Assembly: GCA_973895155.1 (NCBI GenBank)
Contig: OZ316897.1
Coordinates: 14,259,375-14,323,374, forward strand
From: Marsupella aquatica
Lineage: Eukaryota; Plantae; Marchantiophyta
Reading direction: 5' to 3'
Length of the DNA stretch: 64,000 bases
Positions within the stretch are counted from its first letter, which is position 1; the number at the start of each line of letters is the position of its first letter. Position numbers and translations under genes: made by a program. Positions 23,697 through 36,280 of the stretch are shown here, piece after piece. The notes beneath the pieces are model-generated. The model had not been told where the DNA came from. It worked only from the letters and a program-made list of their open reading frames with translations, and searched no databases.

Positions 23697-24950
23697 TCAC
23701 CGACATTGAGGACAAAACCATGATCCACTAGGAATCATGTGCAAGGGTGGTGTCAAACACGACATGTGCCATCCTCTAGAACACCTATCACAAATCAACA
23801 TAGTAGCTGCTTCCTGAGCAGACCCACACAACATACACTTCAAGCTAGCACGAACATGTGCCAAGCTTGGATCCACAGTGCCATCAATGTTTGGAAGGTG
23901 ACATGGTGCACAATTACGCACGTGATCCTTCCAAACCATACCATCACGCCCTTCCAACATAAGGACTCCAGAAGGCAACACTTCACGCACACGCAAGATT
24001 GTCCGCCCTGCGGTCACATCAAGCGTTGTTGGTGCTGTCTGCTGCAAATAAACATAATCGCCAGGATGAAATCTCCTAATCTTCGTGCGATAACCTCCTC
24101 CACGAATAGTAGCATATCGCAAAGTATCACGATGCTGGGCAATAGCAAGGTTGTCAAAGGCCATGGGCATGACTCTCTCAAAAACTCGTGCCCTCTCTGA
24201 ACAAACCTTTACCCAAATATCTGGATCATCCAAATCCACAACAGTTGCAACATCACGACGAATAGCCACTGGCAAATCTGGCTCTCTACCATAGAGCAAG
24301 AAATAGGGTGAGAATGATGCAAGTGATGCTTGTCGACTGAAACGGTAGCCCATAGCTAACCAAGGTAGTTGGAGATCCCAGTCTCCCAAATGACCAACCT
24401 GTAAGCCATACTTGCGCAATCCTCTCTTCACAATTTGTACAACTCTCTCTGCCAATCCATCTGCCTCAGGATGATCGCGAGAAGTAGTACGATGGTCAAT
24501 CAGAGCTTGCTCACACAAACCCTCAAAATCTCCACGGAATTCCGTGCCCTGATCAGTCAACACCTCAGCTGGTGCTCCAAAGTGACTGAGTACTCGATCC
24601 AGAAATGTGGTAGCCACTCCTCCACTAGCTTTATCTGGCAATGCCACTAGTTCAATCCACTTGGAGAAGTGCTCCACCATAACCAAAACATAACGGTTAT
24701 GTCGTTGGGTGAGAGGCAATGGACCAGCAAAGTCCAAACTCCATCTGTACCCCAAACCCATGATTGGCAATGGATGCAACTGGGGAGTGGGAGCATTAAA
24801 TGATGCCCTCACTCGATCACATACCACACACTTAGCTATCAGTTGCTGGACATGAGTGTGCATACCACGCCACCAATACTGTGTCTGCAGCAAACTATAA
24901 GTGCGCTTGACACCAAAATGCCCTAACTCCTCATGCGCATGTCGCACCAA
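23697..24950 (-). CDS. Integrase with C-terminal PHD finger, unit 2
   Basis: As unit 1. Confidence 0.92.
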   Translation of the reverse strand: MVRHAHEELGHFGVKRTYSLLQTQYWWRGMHTHVQQLIAKCVVCDRVRASFNAPTPQLHPLPIMGLGYRWSLDFAGPLPLTQRHNRYVLVMVEHFSKWIELVALPDKASGGVATTFLDRVLSHFGAPAEVLTDQGTEFRGDFEGLCEQALIDHRTTSRDHPEADGLAERVVQIVKRGLRKYGLQVGHLGDWDLQLPWLAMGYRFSRQASLASFSPYFLLYGREPDLPVAIRRDVATVVDLDDPDIWVKVCSERARVFERVMPMAFDNLAIAQHRDTLRYATIRGGGYRTKIRRFHPGDYVYLQQTAPTTLDVTAGRTILRVREVLPSGVLMLEGRDGMVWKDHVRNCAPCHLPNIDGTVDPSLAHVRASLKCMLCGSAQEAATMLICDRCSRGWHMSCLTPPLHMIPSGSWFCPQCR

Positions 24951-26990
24951 ATGTACTCATTGTGATGGTTTTGGTACCACCAATACCTTACCATCACGTA
25001 GTACTCTCAAAAGATGGCTTCCTTCCCATCGAAACCTCTTGGCTCTCTGTAGAACCCTGTCACGTTCCTTGGCATCAATACTGCCAACAATAGAACCACT
25101 GCGCAGATATTCCAACACTTTCACATCATTGTGAATATCTTGCTATCCAAAAGTTACCTCACCAACATCCACATCTGAAGACTCATCATCTGCTTCATCC
25201 AATGAAGTAGAGTCCACAGAACCACTGCATGCTGGAACCCAACAAAGGAAGGCAGATGCATGCCATCCTGACACCATCTCCTTATCTGACTCATCATGCC
25301 ATCTGGCTCCAGTCTCATCCTCCTGACTGGTACATGGATTGCGGCTCAACCCATCTGCATCCAAATTCACCTTTCCAGGCCTATGCACCACCTGGAAATC
25401 ATACTCCTGTAACAACAATGCCCATCGTGCAAGCTTCCCTGTAAGCTTGTCAGACTCCATTAACCACTTGAGAGGCTGATGATCAGTGATCAAAGTGAAA
25501 GGATTACCAAACAAGTAACACTGGAAGTGTGCCACAGCCCACACTGCTGCCAAACACTCTTCCTCATAAGAGCTATACTTAGCCTCTACTAAATTGTTTG
25601 ATCTACTGGCATATGCCAACTCATGTCCTTCATCATCTTTCTGAGTCAGCACTGCTCCAAGTCCTACTCCACTCCAATCAGTGTGTAGCTGAAATGGTCT
25701 CCCTCAAATGGGTCTTCTCAAAATAGGGGATGATGCCAATCTTTCTTTCAACTCCTGAAAGGCATGCTCTTGATCATCACCCCAAATCCATTCCTGATCC
25801 AACTTAGTGAGTATGGTCAAAGGTTTAGCAAGCTGGCTAAATCCTTTAACATACCTCCTATAGTAGCTCGCCAATCTGAAGAATGCACGAACTCTACTCA
25901 CATCAGTAGGACGAGGAATCTGTGTAATGGCCTCCACTTTAGTCTGTTGTACACCCAATCCCCCTGGGTATATAGTGTGGCCCAAATACTCAATCTGTTC
26001 TTGGAAGAACTTACAATTGCCGGGATGGAGCTTCAATCCATGTTCCTTCAATCTCTCAAACACAATCTGCAAGTGTCGTTGATGTTCTTCCACAGTAGAA
26101 GAATAAACCAAAATATCATCAATATAACATCTGACAAAATCCAGACCTGCAAGGATTCAATCCATGACTCTCTGGAACTCAGCTGGTGCATTCTTCAATC
26201 CAAATGGTAAGAACAACCACTGATACAAACGATGCTTGCCATAAGAATCAATTCTCCAGAATGCTGTCTTGGACCTGTCAGAATGTCTGATTGGAAGCTG
26301 ATGGTACCCTACCCTCAGATCCAATGAACTAAAAACCTTTGCATGCCCCACTGCATCAAAGATCTCCTCAGGTGTGGGCATGGCATATCGATCAGATTTT
26401 GTCTGACGATTAATAGGTCGGTAATCACCACACATACGCCTATCCGTGTAATTACCATGCACATCCTTCTTGGCTGGCATCACTGTGGCAGATGCATACT
26501 CCCCGTATGAGATCTCCACCAAACCAGCCTCCAACAAATCCTGAGTTTTGCTCTGGATCAGAGCTCTTTCCATGTCACTATAACGATATGGTCTACGAAA
26601 GATTGGCGCATCACTAGCCAATTCAATCTGAATACCAGGGCCCTTCAATGTCCCCAAATCCTTCATGCTGAATGCAAAACAATTCCAATAACTCTTTAGG
26701 AATCGATGCATGCGATGTCTCTCCTCCCCTATCAACTTAGGACCAATCTGTGGCTCCCAACTCTCCACCAGATCCCTAATATCTTTTTGTAGGGTAGAAG
26801 AGATAGCCGATGATTGCTATTTAGCAGTAGATTGAGCAGTCCCTTCCTGCTCAACAATCTGTCCAGCCTTGGCCAATCCTGCCATAGGTCCATGGATTGC
26901 CTGCTCGCCCCCAGCTGTGGTCATCATTGTCTTAGTGGACCGCAAGCTCACTAATGGACGATCAGTAACACCAGCAGAGCGCATCCGCAA

Positions 26991-28082
26991 CTATTCAGCT
27001 ACTCCCAAGCTGATAATCCAAGTCAAGCAATTCAAATCCATGGCTTGACCAAGGACTTGGCGGCGTGAACTCTCTAACACCGAGGCAACTGCAGTAGTGC
27101 CTGTCAACAATCCCATAGCACGCTCTCTTTCATCAGCAGTAGGCTCCACTAATTGCTGTAGCGTTGTATCCCATACAAGTCCAGGCCCACCTGCTCTAAA
27201 TGCATATGAAGCAGAATGGCTCACAAAAGTGGGTAATGCACAACGCGGACGACCAACCAAATTGACCACTGCCAATGGAGATCTGTCAGACTGGGTCACA
27301 TGTTGTGCACAACGCCCTGGATCCAAAATATCATCCACCACCAAGGATGCTGAGCGAGGAATGCTATCAAATGCTCGCTTCAACACTTCACAAGGTAACA
27401 AATTAGTCCACCACAAGCGTGGACGATGTGCACGAGAACCCACACGTGCAGCATCCAATAATACAGCAGGTCCAATCCAAGATCTGACCTGATGTACACT
27501 AGCAACAAGTCGATGACGCTCATCACCCAATAGTGGCACATTCTCCAAAATGTAGGCAGGGGAATGTGTTTGGTGTAACTGGAGATGACGCAATACCCGT
27601 AACATCTCCCAAAACAATGCAGAGCGTGGATCATGAAGTCCATGTCCAACTCCAGCTCTTGATTGGCCTTGACATGGCCAACCAGCAATCACCAAATCAA
27701 TGGGGCCAACGGGATCCAAATGATCCGCCCCCAGCAATGAAATATCAGCCGACAATGCATGCTGATAGCCACGAACAGCATCCACTGGCAACAACTGTGG
27801 ATAACGGTCTACCAACATAGCCACATGACACAATGAGACTCTCCGTGTTGTCTCATCTGTCTCCACATACAAGTATCGACGCACAGGAATTCCTGCCTGA
27901 AGAATAGCAGCCAATCCAGTGCTAATTCCACCAAATAGATCGAGCAAACAAATACCCTCTGGTGGATACTGCCATGCAATAGGAGTGGTATCCAATGGTG
28001 AAAGAGTCACTGGTCCACCTGTAAGAGATTGCTCTGCTCCTGACTGTGGTGTAAAAGCATGACGCCATGCATCATGTACCAA
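26991..28082 (-). CDS. C5-cytosine DNA methyltransferase domain, unit 2
   Basis: As unit 1; PCQ, ENV and RxR motifs intact. Confidence 0.92.
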   Translation of the reverse strand: MVHDAWRHAFTPQSGAEQSLTGGPVTLSPLDTTPIAWQYPPEGICLLDLFGGISTGLAAILQAGIPVRRYLYVETDETTRRVSLCHVAMLVDRYPQLLPVDAVRGYQHALSADISLLGADHLDPVGPIDLVIAGWPCQGQSRAGVGHGLHDPRSALFWEMLRVLRHLQLHQTHSPAYILENVPLLGDERHRLVASVHQVRSWIGPAVLLDAARVGSRAHRPRLWWTNLLPCEVLKRAFDSIPRSASLVVDDILDPGRCAQHVTQSDRSPLAVVNLVGRPRCALPTFVSHSASYAFRAGGPGLVWDTTLQQLVEPTADERERAMGLLTGTTAVASVLESSRRQVLGQAMDLNCLTWIISLGVAE

Positions 28083-31049
28083 TTGTGCTGCCCTCTACGG
28101 CAAGGCTTGTGCAGTACCCCATACTGGTGGCACAACACTAGTTGGATTGGGATCATCCCAATCCAGTTTGCTCCTTCGCACCATCTGCTCCTCATGTGAC
28201 TCCTCCACTGATGGAACATCTGCTGCATGTGCATTACCCTCCATCAAATAATCAGGATCAGTGATCACACCACTGAAGGCTGCCAAAGACAATAGTGTGG
28301 GTTTAGGGCCTCCCACAGGTCCACTAAATTGCACTGGCAACCTGCTCAATCGAGCATCTCCTGACTGCCAATCAGGTCTGTATGACACTGATTCATCCCA
28401 AAAATCAAGAATAAATCCCATGGGGTACAACACTGTACATCCCACCAACACGTCATAGGACTCGGCCTTAGTCAAAATAGCTCGCGCCTGTATGTGGGAG
28501 CTATCCTTGGTATGACCCTCCTAAATCCTCAATTCAAGTGGTCGTCTGGTGATGTGCTGTGTGGGTGTAGGTCCCCCCAATGAAGTCTGAATAGGAAAGG
28601 GACACTCGTCCAGATCATCTGGATGCAATGCCAATCCTCGTACCGCAGACTTACCCAACATCAAGGGCTGAGCACCAGTATCCAGTAACACTCTCTCTGG
28701 CTGGTATATGGCTCCAGTAGGCCCAACTAATCGGAAGATACCACTCCGATTATCCAATGACACAACACTAGGTTTAAACTTAGTCCTCTCAAATGCAGGG
28801 CGTGCTGGTAAATCCACCAACCTCGCTGCTGCTGCATGCCAGGTCTCGCTAGTAGCCGTAGGTGGCATGGTCTTCACAGCTTCAACACTGCAAGCTGCTT
28901 TTGCATGGGAAGCAACAACTGGAGTGTCCTCATAGAGTGTAGCTGCCAATCTGAACACTTCTGCAGGACCAACTGCCAAGTTTAGCATGTCTGTAGCTGA
29001 AAATAATGGGGTGCGCACTATGGTAGTAGCCGCCCCCAGCAGGGTACCTGTCATCCCTGCTGCATCACTACCTGATTCTGCCAACTTACCCACGCTAGGG
29101 TTTGTCTGAATCGGGTTCATAGAGGCAGTCTGAACTGTCTCTAACAATGTAAAAGACTGAGGAAGCTTTGTCTGACGACGTGCATCCCCCCTCTATGGAT
29201 CTAGGTCCACTACTGCTCCTCGGGGCTCAAGAGCTTTTGCTGCCCCACGCGTCAAAGCTGTTGATGCATCAATGTGTGCAGTGCCACACATGAATCCCAT
29301 GGTGGCAAGATCTTCATCAACCCCATAAGATGTGGAAGCTCCATAGGATGTAGAAGCCCCATCACCAGAAGTAGGTCTCACCTGAGAACTAGCCATAGCA
29401 GCTAGTTGTTGCTCCAATTGAGCAATCTTAGCATCCTTAGGATCTGTGGTCACAGTAGGAGCAACCTCACCTCCTTGCCTTGCTACATGTGGCATACCTC
29501 GGCCACGATCACCACCTCTACCTCCTCTTCCCTGATCATGTGTGCGTTGTCCTCCTCTCCGTAACTCGGGATGGAGTGAGAAACACCTATCCTTGGTGTG
29601 TCCAGGAGCTCCACAATGATCACACTGCCGCTGATCAGGTGCTGAGGCCCCTCCTGACCCTCTAGGATCAGGGCAATACCGCTGCGCATGATCCCCACCA
29701 CAGGTCCAACATCCTGATTGCTGTCCAGCATAGGAAGGCACAGGTCTCTGACTGGTAGACTCTCGTGCAGTAGGCTTCTCCCTCTGGCTCTTCCGTGCAA
29801 CAGGCTGTGGTGTGGATGTAGATGCAGCCTTGGGTGCTTCCTTGGCAAATCCGGAAGTCACCACCTTCTCATTCACCATATTGAGCTCAATTCACTCAGA
29901 AAGTGTAAAAACAACTGCCAATGTGGGATCTGCATCCCTAAGCAGAGTGACATCTCTCACTCTACGTCGCAATTCTCTATCCAGAATTGCATACCAAAAC
30001 TGGACTGCTTGAGCCTCTGTCACTCCCTTGGTGACAGTGATCAATCTGCGCATACGAGTGTATGCCTCACGTAGACTCTCTCCAGTCTTGCGCTGAAACT
30101 CCTGGAGACCCTTCAACTTATCAGTCCTCACACCCTGATAGTTCTGCTTTAATACTTCAAAGAACTCCACCACAGGGTTAAATGTTGGCGTGACTCCAAC
30201 CCCTGTCACAATCGCACTGGTAGGAGTAGCGGTGGATGTTGTTGGAGTGGTACTGGTAGATGGTGTGCCACTCTGGCTAGTGCTGCTAGAAGAAGCAACA
30301 ACTATAGCAATGGGTTGGGCAGCCGCTCTAGTGCCATAGGTGATGGACACATAATTAGGTGACCAATGCTGCCTCCATGCCTCAATCTCAACCAAATGAG
30401 CCTTCTGAAACTCATGGTAATCATCCATGGGTGGCCCCTCCAAATGCTGAAATAATCCCTTCCATGCCATGAAAGGGGTAAACAACGTGGCATTACGTAA
30501 TGACTGCATGTCGCACCACGTATCAAACTCCTGGATGAAGTCATCCAGATCAATCGTGCCAACTGCACCAGAGTATCGTCGTGGGCCCTTTGTAGCCCCG
30601 TACATCTCTTCCATATCCCACAACAAAGGTGCAATCACCTGATGACAAGGAGAATTGGTCACAGAGTCCTCGTCAGAATCACTATCTGAAGCTGCACTTG
30701 CAACTGCTATCAATGTTGTTGGCCGAAATGACACCCCACTTCGAGTGAAACCGGTCCTCTGTCCCTCGGACAGTTCCGTAGCACCCGAAGAATCCGTGAT
30801 GACAAATCTGCCCTAAATCATCACCATCACCTTCATAATAGGCTTCACAATGCCCCAAGGTTGTAGCTAAGAATCCATGCAAAATTAATCCAATCTATGC
30901 ATCTAGATGGATTCAGAAGTATAAAAAACCTCCAAATAGCATCTAATTTGGCCCAAAACAGGTCTCTAGACAAACTAATAAGTGTATAAAGGCCCCTGGC
31001 CCTTTTAACTTAGACAACAAGTTGTGAAAACTTGTGTGTACACTACATG

Positions 31050-31109
31050 CCATAAGAACTCCATGGTTAAGCACGCGCAAGAGGAATAGCTTTGGGATGG
31101 GTGACCTCC
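31050..31109 (+). promoter_or_regulatory. 5S rRNA-derived internal control region, unit 2
   Basis: Identical to 21723-21782. Confidence 0.85.
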
Positions 31110-31360
31110 CCCCTTGGAGTTATGCACCAACTTAGGCACTCCAAACCAACCAATTGTCAACTACTCCTCACGTACCAACAAGCTACCTTGCGGCCTGCTC
31201 CGGTCTGGCTCCTGTTCCGTCCTCACGCCCCTCGTCACGAGTCGCCTTGAAACGCGAGATGAGCCTAAGGGAGCCCTTCACACCCGCCACACTTCGCTAC
31301 GTCGGGATGAACCTCCAATTCAAATCCATTCAATAGTCATCCGGACGCCCGGTCCACAAG

Positions 31361-31801
31361 TTGGAGTGGGATGATCCCAGTCCAAGTCCTTCACATCCTC
31401 TACACAGGTGAAGTCGCCAAGATACAGTTGGATTGGGTTGATCCTAATCCAAATCCACTTCAAGGTCCAGATGAGGTCTCTGGACACGCCAACATACAGT
31501 TGGATTGAGATGATCCCAATCCAATTTCACCTTCAAGTCCAAATGGGGTCCGAAGTTACCAATGTATAGTTGGATTGGGATGATCCTAGTCCAAATCCAA
31601 CTTCGAGTCAAAATGCGGTCTCAAGAGACAACCCACAATTGGACTCGGATGATCCCAATCCAAATCCAACTTTGAGTCAAAATGAAGTCTCAAGAGACAA
31701 CCCACAATTGGACTTGGATGATCCCAATCCAAATCCAACTTTGAGTCAAAATGCGGTCTCAAGAGACAACCCACAATTGGACTCAGATGATCCTAGTCCA
31801 A
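31361..31801. repeat. Seven-palindrome array, unit 2
   Basis: As 22034-22474. Confidence 0.9.
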
Positions 31802-32384
31802 AACAAGGCGCGCCACAAAACACGCCGCAATTCTCGGACCAAAACACTGTTCAACAATATTGTCGTTTTCCTTGTGCCCTAGGTCGCCGCCGCACCTCGT
31901 CGCAACGCGGACTCCATCGTGACATCGACGACACAATTCACCAACATTTGATTGTCACTTTCTTCGTAAAAGTGTACTATCCATCAACGAATCTCAAATC
32001 CGCAATAGCCTTTGCGATGCTGCAACGCAATCGATAAGGACTAGAACTCCAAAAACACAATGTAGCAACTACCACTTGAGGCGCCTTCTGATCTTCGATC
32101 AGTCCCTCATTGCCATAGCTTCGAGAAGCTCCAAATGTCAATCCGATAATCAACTCCAGAGAGAACTTCAATGAACAAACTATCAGAGAGCTTCAAACAA
32201 CACCACGCTGTACTCTTAGAGCAATCAATAGCTCACAATCTCCAATCTACCAACGGCTGATCTGACTTGAGCTACCACAAGTCAACCAGCAAGATCCCAA
32301 CAATCCAAGCTACCATGGATCAACTCTGCAATACAGCAAGCTTCGAAACAGCTTCGAATCAACCTGCAGTGATCTTTCAATGTA

Positions 32385-32712
32385 ATCTTTTCTGGATGAA
32401 ATCGAACAACGATCAGTGCTAATCCAACAACGATCCCGTCCGACACGATCACACATATATGTCAAGCCCAACGCACCTTGTGCTTCAAGGAATCCACGTT
32501 ACTTGCACACAACCTGGTCAGCCACACCATAGCCACCAAGCTCATGCTCAAAGGCTCAACATTGAAAGATGAGGCCTTTGAGCCAACACAAGGGGATAAC
32601 TATCCCTCACACCAACTCAAACTAAACACAAAGTGCTCATATAGCACACATTCAAAACCTCTATATCCTAGATAGTACGATATACTTTACTACCACTCTA
32701 AATGGTGTGACA
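32385..32712. repeat. Module B3 (element 5' end)
   Basis: Matches B1 and B2 except C at 32431 and 32519; followed by TSD AGTC. Confidence 0.9.
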
Positions 32713-34279
32713 AGTCCATTAACCATTTGACTAATGGGTGGGCTTCTTTCTCCCTCTCTTTTTCTAACCCTACGACTTTGGCCAATGCTCAACAACGTCC
32801 AAATGATTTTTTTTCCATTTCTTTGGCACATTGGACTCAGATCCATAGTTCAATAGGCTGGAGCCTAATCAAGAAACAAAAACTGCATGTTCTTCCTGCT
32901 GTCAGCATTCATTCTTCAGATTGTGACCTTGTTAGGCCCAATTGTCTCACTGATCTACCAAGTTGGTAATCAATTCCTTTTGCACTTTAATTGTGGAGTA
33001 GTTTGGAAACCGATATCCGCAATAGGAACACTAATTCCATAATCACTCCATTTTTATTTTATTTTAATAAATTGGATTCATAGCGGGATTCATAGATAAT
33101 CAGGTAGGGGTCAAAAACTAATCAAGCCGGGGAACAAAAGAAAGTGGGGAGGCCACACCTCTCGGGCCAAAATGACTTCCCCCCCCACCCAAACCAGCAA
33201 ACCTCAATCGGGCCAACAGGTCCAAAAGGGCCAAAGGTCCCTGTAATCCACAAAGGTCCAAAGGGGGAGCTTGTTAACAGATCTAGTCATATTATGGTCG
33301 GTAGTCCTACTGTTCCTGTGTTGCTCACTAGTCGGATGGAACCAAAATTGTCACAATCCCTATCAAGCAATTTACTGTGATACCTCTGGTTTTGTCTGCT
33401 GATAGTGGCCCATTCGTCGCCAATCCAATGACAGTGATAACCGGGTCCGTGGCAGTTCCTACCAAAGGACAAAGACTCTACTCGCTAATGCTGCTGGCCC
33501 TGAAATTGCCCTGATGCACGAAGTTGCTGTAATCACTGGCAAAAAATAAAAAAAGGCACACTCATCAAAACTAGTTGGAATTCAAAGCACAAGGGACCTC
33601 CAGAGTCTCCTAGGGAGCCAGGATAAAATCCAGCTCGTCCGTGCACCGTTTGATTTGCCAAGCTTTCTTTGCCAATCTACTGATGGCTAGCATGGCTTTG
33701 AGGTGGTCGCTAGTTTTCCTCAGGATAACCCAACTTGGCAGAAGACCCAAGTGTAATTACTCCGTTATATATGCTGCAAGTGTATTATGATTAGAGTGTC
33801 ACATTCAAAGCACACAATCTCCAACCAGACCCTATTGCTCACGAGTGATTTGTTCTGCTTACTTCTCAAGGCATTGTGCCTTAGAGCTCTCACCCGGCCG
33901 GTCACCCAGAGTGAGTTAATTTCATTCATCCTTGGGATCAGCAATTGACTGACTTACCTCATTTGTCATTCAATTCTTCGCAAACGCTGCAATTGCAACA
34001 ATCATGATCCTCTTTCTCTGGCTTCTTTGTAAAATTGTCTCAATCAATCTATTCTCTCTTGAAATTCTTGGTCTCAATGTTAAATTGTCACAATCTCTAA
34101 TCTCCACATTCATTCTCACTCATTCACAACGTCTCTCCTTCCTTGCCTTGATATCTTTTCTTGCTTTGACATCTAAACTTTACATTTTTATCTCTTCTGA
34201 ATTTAAATCTTTTCCTTGCCTTGCCATCTTTTTCTCATCTCGTCATCTTTTCTCAGATTCACATCTTTATCTCCACACA

Positions 34280-34610
34280 GTTGTTTGTCTCACCCTCAAC
34301 ATCTTTTCTCTCTTTGACATCTTTTCTCTCCTCAATATCTTTTCTCACCTTGACATCTTATCATTTTCTCATCTCATCATCCTTTTCTTGCCTTGACATC
34401 TTCATCTCACCCTCACATCTTTGTCTCACCCTCACATCTTTTCTCTCCTCGACATCTTTTACCCATCTTGATCTCTTTTTCTCACCTCGCCATCTTTTCT
34501 CTCCTTGGCATATTTTTCTCACCTTGACTTCTTTTCCTCACCTTGACATTTTTTTTCACCTCAACATGTGTTTCTCACCTCGACATCCTTTCTCACCTCA
34601 GCGTCGTCTT
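34280..34610 (+). repeat. Degenerate ~20-bp pyrimidine-rich minisatellite
   Basis: Recurrent ctcacc(t/c)tgacatcttttct. Confidence 0.7.
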
Positions 34611-36231
34611 TTGTGCAACACACCAGTATCCAGGCTTGTAAATTTATAAATCCTTGTTTGATATTTTCATCCTTATATTACATTACAATGTGTCATAAAC
34701 AGCAACCTATCTTTTGATTAGGTCAAACAGCTGATGGGGCCGTAGGTACACATATAAGTGGCAAGTCCCAGATTTTTCAAATGTACTTAGTGGGCCCCTT
34801 GTCCATGCAACCCTTCCATACGTATCACCTGTGTAAATACTTCTCTCCTTGTAGTATGCCAACATGGTAAGTAGAGCTGAGATCCCTGACCAGTCCCGGA
34901 CTTTTCAAATGGACTTAGTGGGGCCCCTTGTCCATGCAACCCTTTCTTATCACCTGTGTAAGTACTTTTCTCCTTGTAGGATGCCAACATGGTACGTAAA
35001 CATAGCTACTGTAGGTACAGAGTGCACATGGTAAGCATAGTTACTGTAGGTACAGAGTCAACCACATATACTACCTGGAAGTATTTTACCATATATTGTT
35101 GCTTGCAAATACCATTTTGGTATTTGAATTTGGGCACTTGATTGAGCAAAGAATCAAACTTTTCGTGTTGGCCTAAAGCGCATTTGCCTTTTTTTCCCCA
35201 TCGTCGCTCATCCTAAATTAATTTCTGGGCCTTTTGTGTGCACTTTACACATTTTTTAAGAGCAAAATATGAAAATAAAAGTGAACTTAAGCAAAGAAAA
35301 ATGTGACAAGGACAAATAAATTAAGAATTTTGTGGAGGGCCCCTGGCCCAAGACATTTCATGAAAGTTGTATAATCAATGAACCTATTCCTACATGTAAG
35401 CTTCAATTGATGAGCCATTTCAAGCGTTTTCTCTCCAAATCAAGTATGACTTGTCCAGGCTCAAGAAGGTTTATATAACATAGTGCCAAAGGGCAAAAAT
35501 GCCAAACGGGGAGACATGATCCCAATGGCAAAGCAGCTCAATAAGAGGGGGAGAGGGGAAAGGGTCCCAAGAAGACCACAGGGTCCAGCAACCCAAGGAC
35601 CCCCCAACAAAAACCAACTATGGAACAAAGACACAAATAACAAACCTATTCAACTAATGAAACTTTATTTTTTAATGCTTTCCTCCAAGCTTATTTTGTA
35701 CAAACAGAATATTTGAAATTATTAAAACAAAGGGGGGGGGGGGGATTTTAGAATATTTGTGCAAGTTCAAATAACACTGCTATACTGATGGAGAGGAAGT
35801 AGGGAAATACTTAGCCCCTATATTCATTTCATTTTCATAAACTGAATGAGAAGATGTAACTGGCATGGCAGAAATTGTTTGAAACGCTCTGCCTAATTGC
35901 TCACATTTACATCTAAAAAACTTTTCACGAAAATAGTACCAAAGAAATTTATTTGCAAAGAACTAACTTTCAAAAGTATAGCACTTAGAAAATAAAAATA
36001 AAAATATACACACTTTTTATATACAAAGGGACCAAATAGAGTACAAATGAACAAACAAAAGAGGGCCCAAGTGGACAAAACCAATCGAAAAAGAAGTGAG
36101 CAAAAGGGAACCACTAAACACCAAGAAAGAGGAACGAAAAGTAAGAAATGAACAATAGGGAACCCCTAAAAACCAAGAAAGAGAGAGAGACTAAAACTAA
36201 CCCAAGCGGACTGAGGTCCTCATCATTCCTA

Positions 36232-36280
36232 AATGGTTTTGGCTGCTTTCTAACTGACTTAGAAAGCAGCCAAAACCATT
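36232..36280. repeat. Perfect 22-bp inverted repeat with 5-nt loop
   Basis: aatggttttggctgctttctaa-ctgac-ttagaaagcagccaaaaccatt. Confidence 0.9.

Larger units (their letters stand above)
23697..30734 (-). pseudogene. Gag-PR-DNMT-RT-RNaseH-INT-PHD polyprotein, unit 2; same stop codons as unit 1
   Basis: Near-identical to unit 1. Confidence 0.92.
13589..32712 (-). mobile_element. Ty3/Gypsy-type retrotransposon insertion, tandem dimer (9,327-bp period), carrying a C5 DNA methyltransferase and a PHD finger
   Basis: Termini TGTCA...TGACA; TSD AGTC at 13585-13588 and 32713-32716; domain order PR-RT-RH-INT; every internal ORF recurs at +9327. Confidence 0.95.

Noticed and set aside
34004-34649. 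Hydrophobic ORFs
   Set aside because: Products of the pyrimidine-rich minisatellite.
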